Assembly (NCBI GenBank): GCA_964636415.1
Contig: CAZWSJ010000008.1
Location: forward strand, 7,548 to 71,547
DNA: 64,000 nucleotides
Reading direction: 5' to 3'
Source: an uncultured Gemmatimonas sp.
GTDB lineage: Bacteria; Gemmatimonadota; Gemmatimonadetes; Gemmatimonadales; Gemmatimonadaceae
Part shown: positions 27,455-36,645 of the stretch, in pieces
Numbering within the stretch: the stretch's first letter is position 1
How the letters are laid out: every line of letters starts with the position of its first letter
Notes under the pieces: generated by a model
Told to the model about the DNA's origin: nothing
Database searches by the model: none
The model's input: only the letters and a program-made list of their open reading frames with translations
Position numbers and translations under genes: made by a program

Positions 27455-29122
27455 CTACCTCCACTCGGCGGGCAGACCCGAAGGAACGCTGCCAAGTGAA
27501 CGCTGAACACCTGCGTCGGCAATGTGGAAGTCCGCCACCGCCTGCGCGAGATTGGTGCGTGCCTGCAGCAGAGCCAGTCGCGCATCGGATACTTCCAATT
27601 GCGTGGCCAGACCGCGATCAAAACGCAGGACCGTGAGATCATGAACGCGCTGTGCCTGATCAACCGTGACACGTCGCGCGGCAATGGTACTGAGCGCACG
27701 CTCACGCTCACCACGAGCCTGCTGATACTGCACCTGCACCCCTTCCCTCAACTGCTCCAACTGCAGGCGTGCGCGGCCAAGCTCTATCTGGGCCTGCTCC
27801 ATGTCTGCGCCCCGTTTGAATCCGGTGAAGAGCGGCAACTGCACCGCGATAGATGCAGAGACATCCTTGCGCCACGAACTGTTGTTGAAACCGAATACGG
27901 CGGACGGCATGTTCTGGGCACCAAAGTTTGCACTCAGGGCAACGGTGGGCAGATAAGCGCCACGGGCAAGTGCAACCTGCTGTTCACGTATCGCCACCTG
28001 GCGTTCGAGACCGGCCACGGCTGCCCTGCGCTCGGCCACCATCTCGGGTGACGGTTCAGCCAGCGTATCCACGCGCAGCATCTCAGGCGTATCCAAAGCC
28101 GTGGTCAACCGCAGTGGTTGCGTGAGGGGGAGGTCGACCAGACGTTTCAGATTGAGCATCGCCACTTCGGCTGCATTATGTGCTGCCACGAGCTGCGGGC
28201 GCAGATTTTCAGCGGAGACCTGAGCACGCAGTACATCAAGTTCGGACGATGAACCCGCATTGAGACGCAACTGCTGCTGGTCGCGGAAGGCTTCCGCCTG
28301 ATCCAGTGCCGCCTGTGCTATTCCTTCGAGCTGCTGAGCCAGCTCGGCCTGCACGTAGGCAGTGCGGACCTGCATGGCAATCTCCGAGGCCTGCTCGGTG
28401 AAATCATTCTGTGCTGCGCGTTTGAAGTCGGCCGCAATTCGCAGTGCTGCACCCGTGCGTCCGCCCGAATAGAGAATCTGCGAGGCAGACAGGCTGGTGA
28501 CGTAGGTGTTGGGTCGGCCCAGGGGAAGGGAGCTGAATAATCCGCCCATGCTGGAGAGAGCCGCCTTGCCCGCATTGTTTTCTATGTAACTCAGCCGGTC
28601 CAGTATCGAAGCCATGGAGTCTGGCGAGAACTTCATAGAGTCGGGGATGGTAATCGTGCCGCCGGTCTGGAAAGGCGAGTAGTAGGTGCGCGTGTAGGCG
28701 GCGGTCCCGTTGACCTGAGGAAGCGCCTGAGCCCTTGCCGAGGTGACCTGCGCGCCAGCCACGTCAACCGACGCCCTGGCCAGGCGTATCTCCTCGCTCC
28801 TGCCAAGGGCCCTGTTGAGCGCTTCTTCAAGCGTCAGCGTGCTGGAGTCATCAGCCGCGGCTCCGGGAGATTCAAGCAGCCGGCGCGCGCCGGTGGCCGC
28901 GTTCGTACTGGCGCCAGCAGACACGGTTCGCGATGGAACAGACGCCACATCCCGGCTCGATCGGGATACTCCCTGTGCGCCAAGAACGGGTGCGAGCATG
29001 CCTGCGGAAGCGCACAGGAGGACTGCTGTGACGAGAGAGATGGTGGCGCGATATGTGGAAAGTGCCGGGCCCGCCCCCTGAGAGGTATGTCCCCGGACCG
29101 ACGTCAGGCGAACTTTTTGCAT
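27455..29122 (-). CDS. TolC-family outer membrane efflux protein
   Basis: LTLEEAL, ALPQV/YLPTV repeats and GLATQLEVSDA; first gene of the OMF-MFP-RND operon. Confidence 0.9.
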   Translation of the reverse strand: MQKVRLTSVRGHTSQGAGPALSTYRATISLVTAVLLCASAGMLAPVLGAQGVSRSSRDVASVPSRTVSAGASTNAATGARRLLESPGAAADDSSTLTLEEALNRALGRSEEIRLARASVDVAGAQVTSARAQALPQVNGTAAYTRTYYSPFQTGGTITIPDSMKFSPDSMASILDRLSYIENNAGKAALSSMGGLFSSLPLGRPNTYVTSLSASQILYSGGRTGAALRIAADFKRAAQNDFTEQASEIAMQVRTAYVQAELAQQLEGIAQAALDQAEAFRDQQQLRLNAGSSSELDVLRAQVSAENLRPQLVAAHNAAEVAMLNLKRLVDLPLTQPLRLTTALDTPEMLRVDTLAEPSPEMVAERRAAVAGLERQVAIREQQVALARGAYLPTVALSANFGAQNMPSAVFGFNNSSWRKDVSASIAVQLPLFTGFKRGADMEQAQIELGRARLQLEQLREGVQVQYQQARGERERALSTIAARRVTVDQAQRVHDLTVLRFDRGLATQLEVSDARLALLQARTNLAQAVADFHIADAGVQRSLGSVPSGLPAEWR

Positions 29123-29127
29123 GAAAA

Positions 29128-29186
29128 AAGTGGAATGTTTGTTCTACTTGAACAAATAGAATCTTCGTAATAGAATGTCAATACTA
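29128..29186. promoter_or_regulatory. Divergent promoter region with candidate TetR operators (TAGAAT-N4-ATTCTA-like)
   Basis: TGGAATGTTTGTTCTA at 29131-29146 and TAGAATGTCAATACTA at 29171-29186; TTGAAC-N17-TAGAAT at 29148-29176. Confidence 0.6.
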
Positions 29187-29237
29187 GAACTATGACACCA
29201 GATTACGCTAGTCCTTCTCAAGAATTTCAGCGAGTCC

Positions 29238-29921
29238 ATGGAAAATATCAGCAACCATTCATCCCAAACATCCTCTGACAAATCAAAGGTGGACCGGCAG
29301 GACCACACGCCGCTGGCGGCCGGGGCAATCCGGGAGCCACGTCAGGAGCGCGGCCAACGCCGGGTGGATGATATCCTCGACGCCACCGAGGCATTGGTGC
29401 TGGAGGTTGGGGCTGCGGTGTTTTCCGTTCAGGAGCTGGCGCGGCGCTCCGGCGCCTCCGTAGGCTCCATTTACCACTTCTTTTCCACCAAGGAAGCCAT
29501 ACTCGACGCGCTGTGCGAGCGGTATGCCGTACGGGCAGGCAGGATAGCGGAAACATTCACGGCCAGTGCCGAACGCTGGGCCCACTTGGAGTTTCAGGAC
29601 TTTGTAAAGCACCTCAGGGCGCCATTCATGGAGTTTCTTGAACAGAACCCTGCTTACTACGAACTGGGCTGCGGAGTATCGGGCACCAGAACACAGAGGT
29701 CCGAGTCAACTCATGCCTTCATCCGACAGGCGCTCGCCGAGGTCTTTGCCAAACGCTGGCCTCAGGTACCGGAAGAGGAGCGTGCCATCCGTGTGGATGT
29801 CATGACCGCCATCGCTACCGGCCTTCAGTCCCTTATGGTGCAGGCGCCGCAGGCACGCCGGGCCGCCATCAATGCAGAGCTGTCGCGTGCGATAAACGGC
29901 TATCTCTCACACTTCGAGTGA
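29238..29921 (+). CDS. TetR/AcrR-family regulator
   Basis: PRQERG..ILDA and the HTH ELARRSGASVGSIYHFFSTKE; divergent from the efflux operon. Confidence 0.92.
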   Translation: MENISNHSSQTSSDKSKVDRQDHTPLAAGAIREPRQERGQRRVDDILDATEALVLEVGAAVFSVQELARRSGASVGSIYHFFSTKEAILDALCERYAVRAGRIAETFTASAERWAHLEFQDFVKHLRAPFMEFLEQNPAYYELGCGVSGTRTQRSESTHAFIRQALAEVFAKRWPQVPEEERAIRVDVMTAIATGLQSLMVQAPQARRAAINAELSRAINGYLSHFE

Positions 29922-29933
29922 TGAAGCACAACC

Positions 29934-30776
29934 ATGCTGTGTGAACCGCTCTGTGGCCGGGGTGGATCGGGGCGCGCAGTGTTAGTGGCGACCATTTCAG
30001 CGATTTCGGCCTTGTTTCTTTTCGCCGCATGTTCCACAGCCGACACGCCTGACGCTAATGAAGAATCTCCAGGGCCGCTTGCGGTTTTTGCCGCTGCCAA
30101 TCTGAGGTCGGTACTGGACGACATTGTCAGAGATTATCAGGCCCAAACCGGCGACAGCGTGGTGCTGGTTTTCGGATCCACAACCAGTCTTGGCACACAG
30201 ATAATCAACGGTGCACCGGCCGACATCTTTCTTGCAGCCAACACCGCAGCCATAGACTCACTCGCAGTACGCGGTTTGATAATAGACAGCACAAGGGCCG
30301 TGTATGCCATCGGTCGCTTGATTCTGGTTGGCAATTGCGCCAGAGCTGATCAACTCAATCCGTCCCGGCACTGCAGAGCGCCCCAGGACATTGCCTCACT
30401 GGCCCAGGACTCCTACCGTTCAATCGCCATAGCCAACCCTGCATTTGCTCCGTATGGCATGGCTGCAGAAACCGCGCTCGACCGCTCGGGGGTCCTTCCC
30501 AAAATACAGGACAAGCTGGTGCTTGCGGCCAACGTGAATCAGGCCTTGCAGTATGCTCTTACCGGCAACGCAGACGCCGCCATAGTGGCTCTCGCTCTGG
30601 TGGCGGATGACCACAGCTATGATTACAGTCTTGTTGACACTACACTGTACGACCCGATTGTTCAGAGCCTCGCGGTGTTGCGCAGCAGCGCCCACCAGCA
30701 AAGGGCACTGGCCTTCCGGGCATTTCTGCTTTCTCAGGAAGTACAGCGCGTCATTAATCATTACGAGCCACATTGA
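29934..30776 (+). CDS. modA: Molybdate ABC transporter substrate-binding protein
   Basis: VFAAANL, GAPADIFLAA, ANP..APYG and ANVNQ; lipobox LFAAC. Confidence 0.88.
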   Translation: MLCEPLCGRGGSGRAVLVATISAISALFLFAACSTADTPDANEESPGPLAVFAAANLRSVLDDIVRDYQAQTGDSVVLVFGSTTSLGTQIINGAPADIFLAANTAAIDSLAVRGLIIDSTRAVYAIGRLILVGNCARADQLNPSRHCRAPQDIASLAQDSYRSIAIANPAFAPYGMAAETALDRSGVLPKIQDKLVLAANVNQALQYALTGNADAAIVALALVADDHSYDYSLVDTTLYDPIVQSLAVLRSSAHQQRALAFRAFLLSQEVQRVINHYEPH

Positions 30777-30792
30777 CGGCAGGTTTCAGGGA

Positions 30793-31503
30793 ATGAACGC
30801 GCTCCTGGCTCCGGTTGCGGCGCATCCGCTTGCACTCTCCCTGGCCGTGGCAATTCTGGCAACCGGCATGGCGCTGGTTGTTGGCCTTCCCACTGCCTGG
30901 CTGCTTGCGCGGCGCAGCTTTCGTGGCCGCACAGTGCTTGAAGTTCTGGTACTTCTTCCCATGGTGCTGCCGCCCACGGTAATCGGCTACTACCTGTTGG
31001 TGGCCGTTGGCCGACAAAGTCTTGTTGGCGGTCTTTACGAGCGCATCACGGGCTCGGCCCTGGTGTTCACGCCCACTGCCGCAGTGCTCGCAACATTCGT
31101 TGCCGCAACACCATTTCTCATACGTGCAGCCCAGGGCGGATTCGAGCAGCTTGACACTTCATATGAGGACGCTGCCAGAACCCTGGGCAGGTCAGAGTGG
31201 TCTGTCTTTTTTAGTGTGAGCCTGCCAATGGCCAGGCGCAGCATCCTGGCTGGTACGGCACTGGCTTTCGCCAGAGCCATGGGTGAGTTCGGAGCCACGC
31301 TCATGCTGGCGGGCAACATTCCCGGCAGAACTCAAACCGCCAGCCTCGCTGTCTACGATGCCGTACAGGCCGGGGATCCGGCGCGCGCAACGCAGCTTGC
31401 ACTGCTGCTCTCTGCAACCTCACTGGCTGCACTCTGGCTGCTTACCCGCGCGAATACCAACAGGCGCAATGAGCTGCAGCATGAATTCCGTGAAACCAGA
31501 TGA
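30793..31503 (+). CDS. modB: Molybdate ABC transporter permease
   Basis: LPMVLPPTVIGY, EDAARTLG and FARAMGEFGATLMLAGNIPGRTQT. Confidence 0.93.
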   Translation: MNALLAPVAAHPLALSLAVAILATGMALVVGLPTAWLLARRSFRGRTVLEVLVLLPMVLPPTVIGYYLLVAVGRQSLVGGLYERITGSALVFTPTAAVLATFVAATPFLIRAAQGGFEQLDTSYEDAARTLGRSEWSVFFSVSLPMARRSILAGTALAFARAMGEFGATLMLAGNIPGRTQTASLAVYDAVQAGDPARATQLALLLSATSLAALWLLTRANTNRRNELQHEFRETR

Positions 31504-32231
31504 CGGATCACATAGTGGATCACATAGTGGATCGCAGCACGGATCGCATGGCAGAGTCAGCGACAGCGGCAATTCTGGAGGTAAGCGTGCGCCGCAGGTT
31601 GCCCACCTTCGACATGGACATTTCGTTCACGATGGCTCCGGGCATCAGCGCCATCGTCGGACCATCAGGGTCGGGGAAGACATTGACGCTGAGGGCCATA
31701 TCCGGATTGCTTCTGCCATCCAGCGGCCGTATACGTCTCAGTACGCAGGTCCTCTTCGAGCGTGAGTCTGGCAGGCCACCACGCATAAACCTGCCCACAC
31801 GACTGAGAAACACCGGTTACCTGTTCCAGCACTATGCTCTTTTCCCGCACCTCTCCGTTGCAGGGAACATAGGTTATGGCCTTTCCGGGCACACTGCCGG
31901 CACACGCAATGCGCGAATTCGTGAAATGCTGCAGTTGATACAATTGGAGGATGCGGCCGATCGCCGCGTGTCAGAACTGAGCGGCGGCGAGCAACAGCGC
32001 GTGGCACTTGCACGCGCTCTCGCACCACGACCCTCGCTGCTGCTGCTTGATGAGCCTCTTTCGGCGCTGGATGCACCGCTGCGCAGAACACTGGGCGATG
32101 CGCTGCGCCGTATCCACGAGCGCAACGCCACACCCATGCTGCTGGTCACTCACGATCCCGACGAAGCAGCACGAATTGCAGATCGTATCATCACATTGAG
32201 AGCAGGTCGGGTGGAGCGGCTGTCTGAATAG
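31500..32231 (+). CDS. modC: Molybdate ABC transporter ATPase (no TOBE domain)
   Basis: GPSGSGKT, LSGGEQQRVALARAL, LLLDEP and VTHD. Confidence 0.9.
   Translation: MTDHIVDHIVDRSTDRMAESATAAILEVSVRRRLPTFDMDISFTMAPGISAIVGPSGSGKTLTLRAISGLLLPSSGRIRLSTQVLFERESGRPPRINLPTRLRNTGYLFQHYALFPHLSVAGNIGYGLSGHTAGTRNARIREMLQLIQLEDAADRRVSELSGGEQQRVALARALAPRPSLLLLDEPLSALDAPLRRTLGDALRRIHERNATPMLLVTHDPDEAARIADRIITLRAGRVERLSE
31505..31552. repeat. Four 12-bp tandem units (GGATCACATAGT x2, then degenerate) at the modC 5' end
   Basis: Directly visible. Confidence 0.8.
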
Positions 32232-32283
32232 CTGCTCTCTGAGTAGCTGCTCCCTGAACAGACGGCCTCTGAGAAGTCACCAG
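32224..32283. repeat. Four degenerate 15-bp units (CTGAATAGCTGCTCT-like) spanning the modC stop
   Basis: ctgaatagctgctct/ctgagtagctgctcc/ctgaacagacggcct/ctgagaagtcaccag. Confidence 0.7.
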
Positions 32284-32303
32284 CCTGACGCCAGGCAGTC
32301 GAC

Positions 32304-34037
32304 TCACTTTCGTTTTCCAAAGTCCGGTAACTGGGTAATTGCCGCACCATCCTTGCGCGGGTCCGATGCACCCATGTTCACACCCGTGCTGAAGTTTCGG
32401 GAAACAGCCTGACCGGCTCCCATTCGGGTACTGGAGTAATCGCCTCGCATAACTATCTCGTGTCCCATGGCCGCGAGCGAGTCCCGTACGGCCACCGGAA
32501 TGCGCGACTCGAAGTTCACGTCACATCCGGGAAATGTCTCCTTGGAAAACCTTGGCATGTCCAGAGCCTCCTGAATGTTCATGCCAAAGTCTGCAATGTT
32601 GGAAACAAACTGCGCATGAGCCTGCGCCTGATTCCAGCCGCCCATGATGCCGAATGCGATGCGGGTGTCGCCCTGCTCCATGAAGGCGGGTATGATGGTA
32701 TGCAGCGGACGTTTGCGCCCGGCAACGACGTTGGGGCTCTCAGCATCAAGCGTGAAACCACCGCCCCGGTTCTGCCACGCAAATCCCGCTCCACCCACAG
32801 CAAGTCCCGCACCAAAACCCACCGACGAGTAATTGCTCTGAATGAGCGATACCATGTTGCCGTCCCTGTCCACCACACTCAGGTAAGTGGTGCCATGGTC
32901 GGTTGCGAGAGGGTTGCCTGCAGGCACTGTGCATGTTGCCGCTGTGGCATTTATTCTGAGAGCCCGCTTTGTGGCATAGGGCTTTGAAATGATCTCATTC
33001 ACCGGAACTCTGGAAAACCGCGGATCCGCCACATAGCGCTCAAGGTCGGCGTAGGCCAGCTTCTTGGCCTCTATCATGTGATGCAATGCCGCGGTTGAAT
33101 TGTGTCCCATCGACGCCAATGGATAACGCTCCATGATGTTGAGCATTTCCAGTGCGGCAATGCCCTGGCCGTTTGGCGGCAGTTCGTAAACGGTCCAGCC
33201 GTGATATGTAGTGGACACGGGCTCCACCCATTCAACCTCATAATCAGCCAGATCAGCGGCAGTCATCGTGCCGCCGTGTGCGCGAGAGCTGGCCAGCAGT
33301 TTTTCTGCAATGGTACCGCTATAAAAGGCCGATGCGCCGTGATTCGAAATCTGTGTGTAACTCCACGCAAGTTGCGGGTTACGAAACAGCTCACCGGCCG
33401 CAGGGGCTCTTCCTGCCGGCATGTAGATGCTTGCAGTGGCGGTATCTGCGGCGAGTGTCTTTTCGCTGTCTTTCCAGTACACACTCACCACCTCGCCAAC
33501 CGGAAAGCCGTCTTCCGCATACCTGATTGCCGGCGCAAGGATATCTGTGAATTGCATGCTGCCGAAGCGTGATCTCAATGCTTCCCAGCCCTTCACTGCA
33601 CCCGGTACGGTCACCGCGTCTATGCCACTTTGAGGCATTCTTCTGTAATTCTTGCTTTTCAAATACTCCGCCGAGAGACCGGCCGGTGCCCAGCCGGAAG
33701 CGTTGAGGCCGTAAAGCCGTCCTGATCGGGCCTCGTACACGATTGCGAATAGGTCGCCACCGATACCGTCGTTCATGGGTGCCACCAGCCCCATCATCGC
33801 ATTGGTTGCAATGGCTGCATCCACTGCGTTTCCGCCCTGCTCAAGAATCCGCGCACCCGCCTGCGAGGCGAGCACGTTCTCACTGGCAACAATACCCAGT
33901 GTGGTGGTAACCACCGAACGTGAACGTGAGCGGTCCTGCGCCCAGGCGATCTGCGGGAGCATTGAGAGAAGCACCAGGCGAAGCAGTACGCGGCGGAACA
34001 CAGAAGAAAGCGGCCGGCTGAAATACGACACGGTCAT
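32304..34037 (-). CDS. ggt: Gamma-glutamyltransferase
   Basis: GGNAVDAAIA, GIGGDLF, nucleophile TTYLSVVD, KRPLHT and DPRKDG; signal peptide. Confidence 0.93.
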   Translation of the reverse strand: MTVSYFSRPLSSVFRRVLLRLVLLSMLPQIAWAQDRSRSRSVVTTTLGIVASENVLASQAGARILEQGGNAVDAAIATNAMMGLVAPMNDGIGGDLFAIVYEARSGRLYGLNASGWAPAGLSAEYLKSKNYRRMPQSGIDAVTVPGAVKGWEALRSRFGSMQFTDILAPAIRYAEDGFPVGEVVSVYWKDSEKTLAADTATASIYMPAGRAPAAGELFRNPQLAWSYTQISNHGASAFYSGTIAEKLLASSRAHGGTMTAADLADYEVEWVEPVSTTYHGWTVYELPPNGQGIAALEMLNIMERYPLASMGHNSTAALHHMIEAKKLAYADLERYVADPRFSRVPVNEIISKPYATKRALRINATAATCTVPAGNPLATDHGTTYLSVVDRDGNMVSLIQSNYSSVGFGAGLAVGGAGFAWQNRGGGFTLDAESPNVVAGRKRPLHTIIPAFMEQGDTRIAFGIMGGWNQAQAHAQFVSNIADFGMNIQEALDMPRFSKETFPGCDVNFESRIPVAVRDSLAAMGHEIVMRGDYSSTRMGAGQAVSRNFSTGVNMGASDPRKDGAAITQLPDFGKRK

Positions 34038-34184
34038 TCCCCTTTTTGTTTTGAATGAAACAAATGTTTTTGCGGCCCTTTCGGTGATTGCCCGACGCGT
34101 TGTCAGGCAATCGCCCGTAACCGGGAAGGCCAATGAGGTTCAGAATGAGTGCACCACCTGTCATCCAACAACGGCGAGGCATTC

Positions 34185-34739
34185 ATGTCACCCTCCGCAT
34201 ATCGTATCACCGCGCTGCTGGCGACCGCTACCTTGTTCGCAGCTTGCGCGCCTTCCACTGCAGATTCCGGCAACACCACGGTGGCTTCAACAGACGGCCA
34301 GGGACAGTCTGCCGTCCAGGACAATGAGTCCATGCCCGATGTGGTAAAGGTGGCAGTGGGCTCCAAAGACCACAGCACACTGGTTGCGGCCATCAAGGCA
34401 GCCGGGCTCGTGGACGCACTGTCCAACGCTGGTCCGTTCACGGTGTTTGCCCCCGTGAACACGGCGTTTGACAAGCTGCCCGACGGCACGCTCGACACGC
34501 TGCTCAAGCCCGAAAACAAGGGGCAGCTCACCAACGTGCTCTACCACCATGTCACGACCTCGGCTCTGGAAATGAGCTTTTTCGACGACGGTCAGAGCGT
34601 GGGCATGGTGGACGGCACTTCAGAGATCATCTCGAAGAAAGGCGATGACTGGTACATAGGCGACGCCAAGGTCATCGGCTCCGTCAGGGCATCAAACGGA
34701 TGGGTGCATGTGATTGACGCGGTGCTGGTGCGGAACTGA
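34185..34739 (+). CDS. Fasciclin (FAS1) domain lipoprotein
   Basis: Lipobox LFAAC; GPFTVFAPVNTAF, LYHHV and ASNGWVHVIDAVL. Confidence 0.92.
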   Translation: MSPSAYRITALLATATLFAACAPSTADSGNTTVASTDGQGQSAVQDNESMPDVVKVAVGSKDHSTLVAAIKAAGLVDALSNAGPFTVFAPVNTAFDKLPDGTLDTLLKPENKGQLTNVLYHHVTTSALEMSFFDDGQSVGMVDGTSEIISKKGDDWYIGDAKVIGSVRASNGWVHVIDAVLVRN

Positions 34740-36230
34740 GTCCGGCAAGCCGTAGCAGAGGTATTTGATTTCCAGAAAGGCATCAAGGCCGTACTTCGAG
34801 CCCTCGCGGCCAAGCCCTGAGGCTTTCACTCCACCGAATGGTGCAACTTCGGTGGAGATGAGGCCCTCGTTTATACCCACCATTCCGTATTCCAAAGCCT
34901 CGGCCACCCGCCAGCAACGGGCAACGTCGCGGCTGTAGAAGTACGCGGCCAGCCCGAACTCGGTGTCGTTGGCCATGTTAATGGCCTCGGCTTCGTCAGT
35001 GAATCTGAAAAGAGGCGCGACCGGCCCGAATACTTCCTCGCGTGCTATGCGCATGTTCGGTGTGACATCGGCGAGAACAGTGAGTTCAAAGCGCAAGCCC
35101 TCGCCACGCCTGCCACCAAGGGCGAGCCGTGCACCCTTTTTCACTGCATCGTTGATGTGCAGCTCCACCTTGGCCACTCCGGCATCATTTATGAGCGGCC
35201 CGATGCGCACGTCGTCTTCCAGCACATCGCCTGATCTGAGATTTGCAACCGCTCTGGTGAAGCGCTCAAGAAAATCGTCATAAACCGAATCCTGAACCAG
35301 GATGCGATTGGTGCACACACAGGTCTGGCCGTCATGGCGATATTTGGAGGCGACAGCACCGGCAACCGCAGCATCAAGATCGGCGTCTTCAAAAACAATG
35401 AAGGGAGCGTTGCCACCCAGCTCCAGCGACAACCGCGTGAGGTTGTTTGCGCACTGCCGCATGAGCAAACGCCCAACGGCAGTTGAGCCCGTGAATGAGA
35501 GCTTGCGCACCAGCGGGTTCTCGCAGAACTCAAGCCCAACCTCAGCCGCCTGCGAGGTGGGAATCACGTTGAACACACCCGCGGGCATACCCGCCTGCTC
35601 TGCGAGTACGGCGAGAGCCAGAGCGGTAAGTGGAGTTTCCTCAGGCGGTTTTATCACCACCGGGCAACCTGCAGCCAGAGCCGGAGCCACTTTGCGCGTG
35701 ATCATCGCCAGCGGGAAATTCCACGGAGTGATTGCCGCTACCACGCCCACGGGCTGCTTGATTACCACCAGACGCCTGTCTTCAGACCACGGCGGTATAA
35801 CGTCGCCGTAAGCCCGCTTTCCCTCCTCTGCGAACCACTCCACAAAGGAGGCGCCGTAGTTCACCTCTCCTCTGCTCTCACTTATGACCTTGCCGGCCTC
35901 AAGGCTCATCAGCGTCGCAAGGTCCTCCTTGTTTTGCATAATGAGGTTGAACCAGTCCCGAAGAACCGCGCCGCGCTGTTTGGCTGTAAACTTTCGCCAT
36001 ATTGGCCATGCGGAGGATGCTGCCTCTATGGCTCTCGCAGCCTCAGCCCTGCCCAGATCACTCACACTGGCCAGCACTCCTCCATCCGACGGATTCGTCA
36101 CGCTGAAAACAGCACCCGAATCGGCATTTACCCAACTGCCGTTCACAAATGCCTGTGTGCGCAACAGCGCCGGCGAAACATGGTCGGCCAGCGCCACTGA
36201 AGATCGCTTAACGGTACCTGCCATCATCAC
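34692..36230 (-). CDS. gabD: NAD(P)-dependent succinate-semialdehyde dehydrogenase
   Basis: ITPWNFP, FTGSTAVG, LELGGNAP, GQTCVC and EEVFGP. Confidence 0.9.
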   Translation of the reverse strand: MMMAGTVKRSSVALADHVSPALLRTQAFVNGSWVNADSGAVFSVTNPSDGGVLASVSDLGRAEAARAIEAASSAWPIWRKFTAKQRGAVLRDWFNLIMQNKEDLATLMSLEAGKVISESRGEVNYGASFVEWFAEEGKRAYGDVIPPWSEDRRLVVIKQPVGVVAAITPWNFPLAMITRKVAPALAAGCPVVIKPPEETPLTALALAVLAEQAGMPAGVFNVIPTSQAAEVGLEFCENPLVRKLSFTGSTAVGRLLMRQCANNLTRLSLELGGNAPFIVFEDADLDAAVAGAVASKYRHDGQTCVCTNRILVQDSVYDDFLERFTRAVANLRSGDVLEDDVRIGPLINDAGVAKVELHINDAVKKGARLALGGRRGEGLRFELTVLADVTPNMRIAREEVFGPVAPLFRFTDEAEAINMANDTEFGLAAYFYSRDVARCWRVAEALEYGMVGINEGLISTEVAPFGGVKASGLGREGSKYGLDAFLEIKYLCYGLPDSVPHQHRVNHMHPSV

Positions 36231-36252
36231 TGCCTCTTTTTTGCGGGACGCC

Positions 36253-36645
36253 TCAGCGTCCCATTCTGTACATCATCTGCACCAGCTCATCGTACATGGC
36301 CTCGGCCTCTTCGGGACTCCGGCGTATTGCTTCAGTGGCACAGTGCTTCAAATGATTCCGCATGAGTTCACGGCCCACCGCACGCAGTGCCTCGTGTACC
36401 GAGGCTATCTGTGTCATGATGTCTGAACAGTAACGGTCTTCGTCTACCATCTTCTGCAAACCACGCACCTGTCCCTCTATGCGCTTGAGACGTTTCTGGT
36501 TGCGGGTCTTGATGTCGGGGTCCACGGCCGCAGCCTTGCGCGGAGTGTCTCCTGCACCTGGTTCGCTCTCCGTTTTACCGAGCGGTGCAGCGCAGCCACA
36601 GTGTACAAGCTGCGGTGCTTTCGGTTTTTCAAATGTGGTATTCAT
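36253..36645 (-). CDS. csoR: CsoR copper-sensing repressor
   Basis: [18 protein letters not shown] (Cys-His-Cys ligands); ATGA overlap with copA. Confidence 0.92.
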   Translation of the reverse strand: MNTTFEKPKAPQLVHCGCAAPLGKTESEPGAGDTPRKAAAVDPDIKTRNQKRLKRIEGQVRGLQKMVDEDRYCSDIMTQIASVHEALRAVGRELMRNHLKHCATEAIRRSPEEAEAMYDELVQMMYRMGR

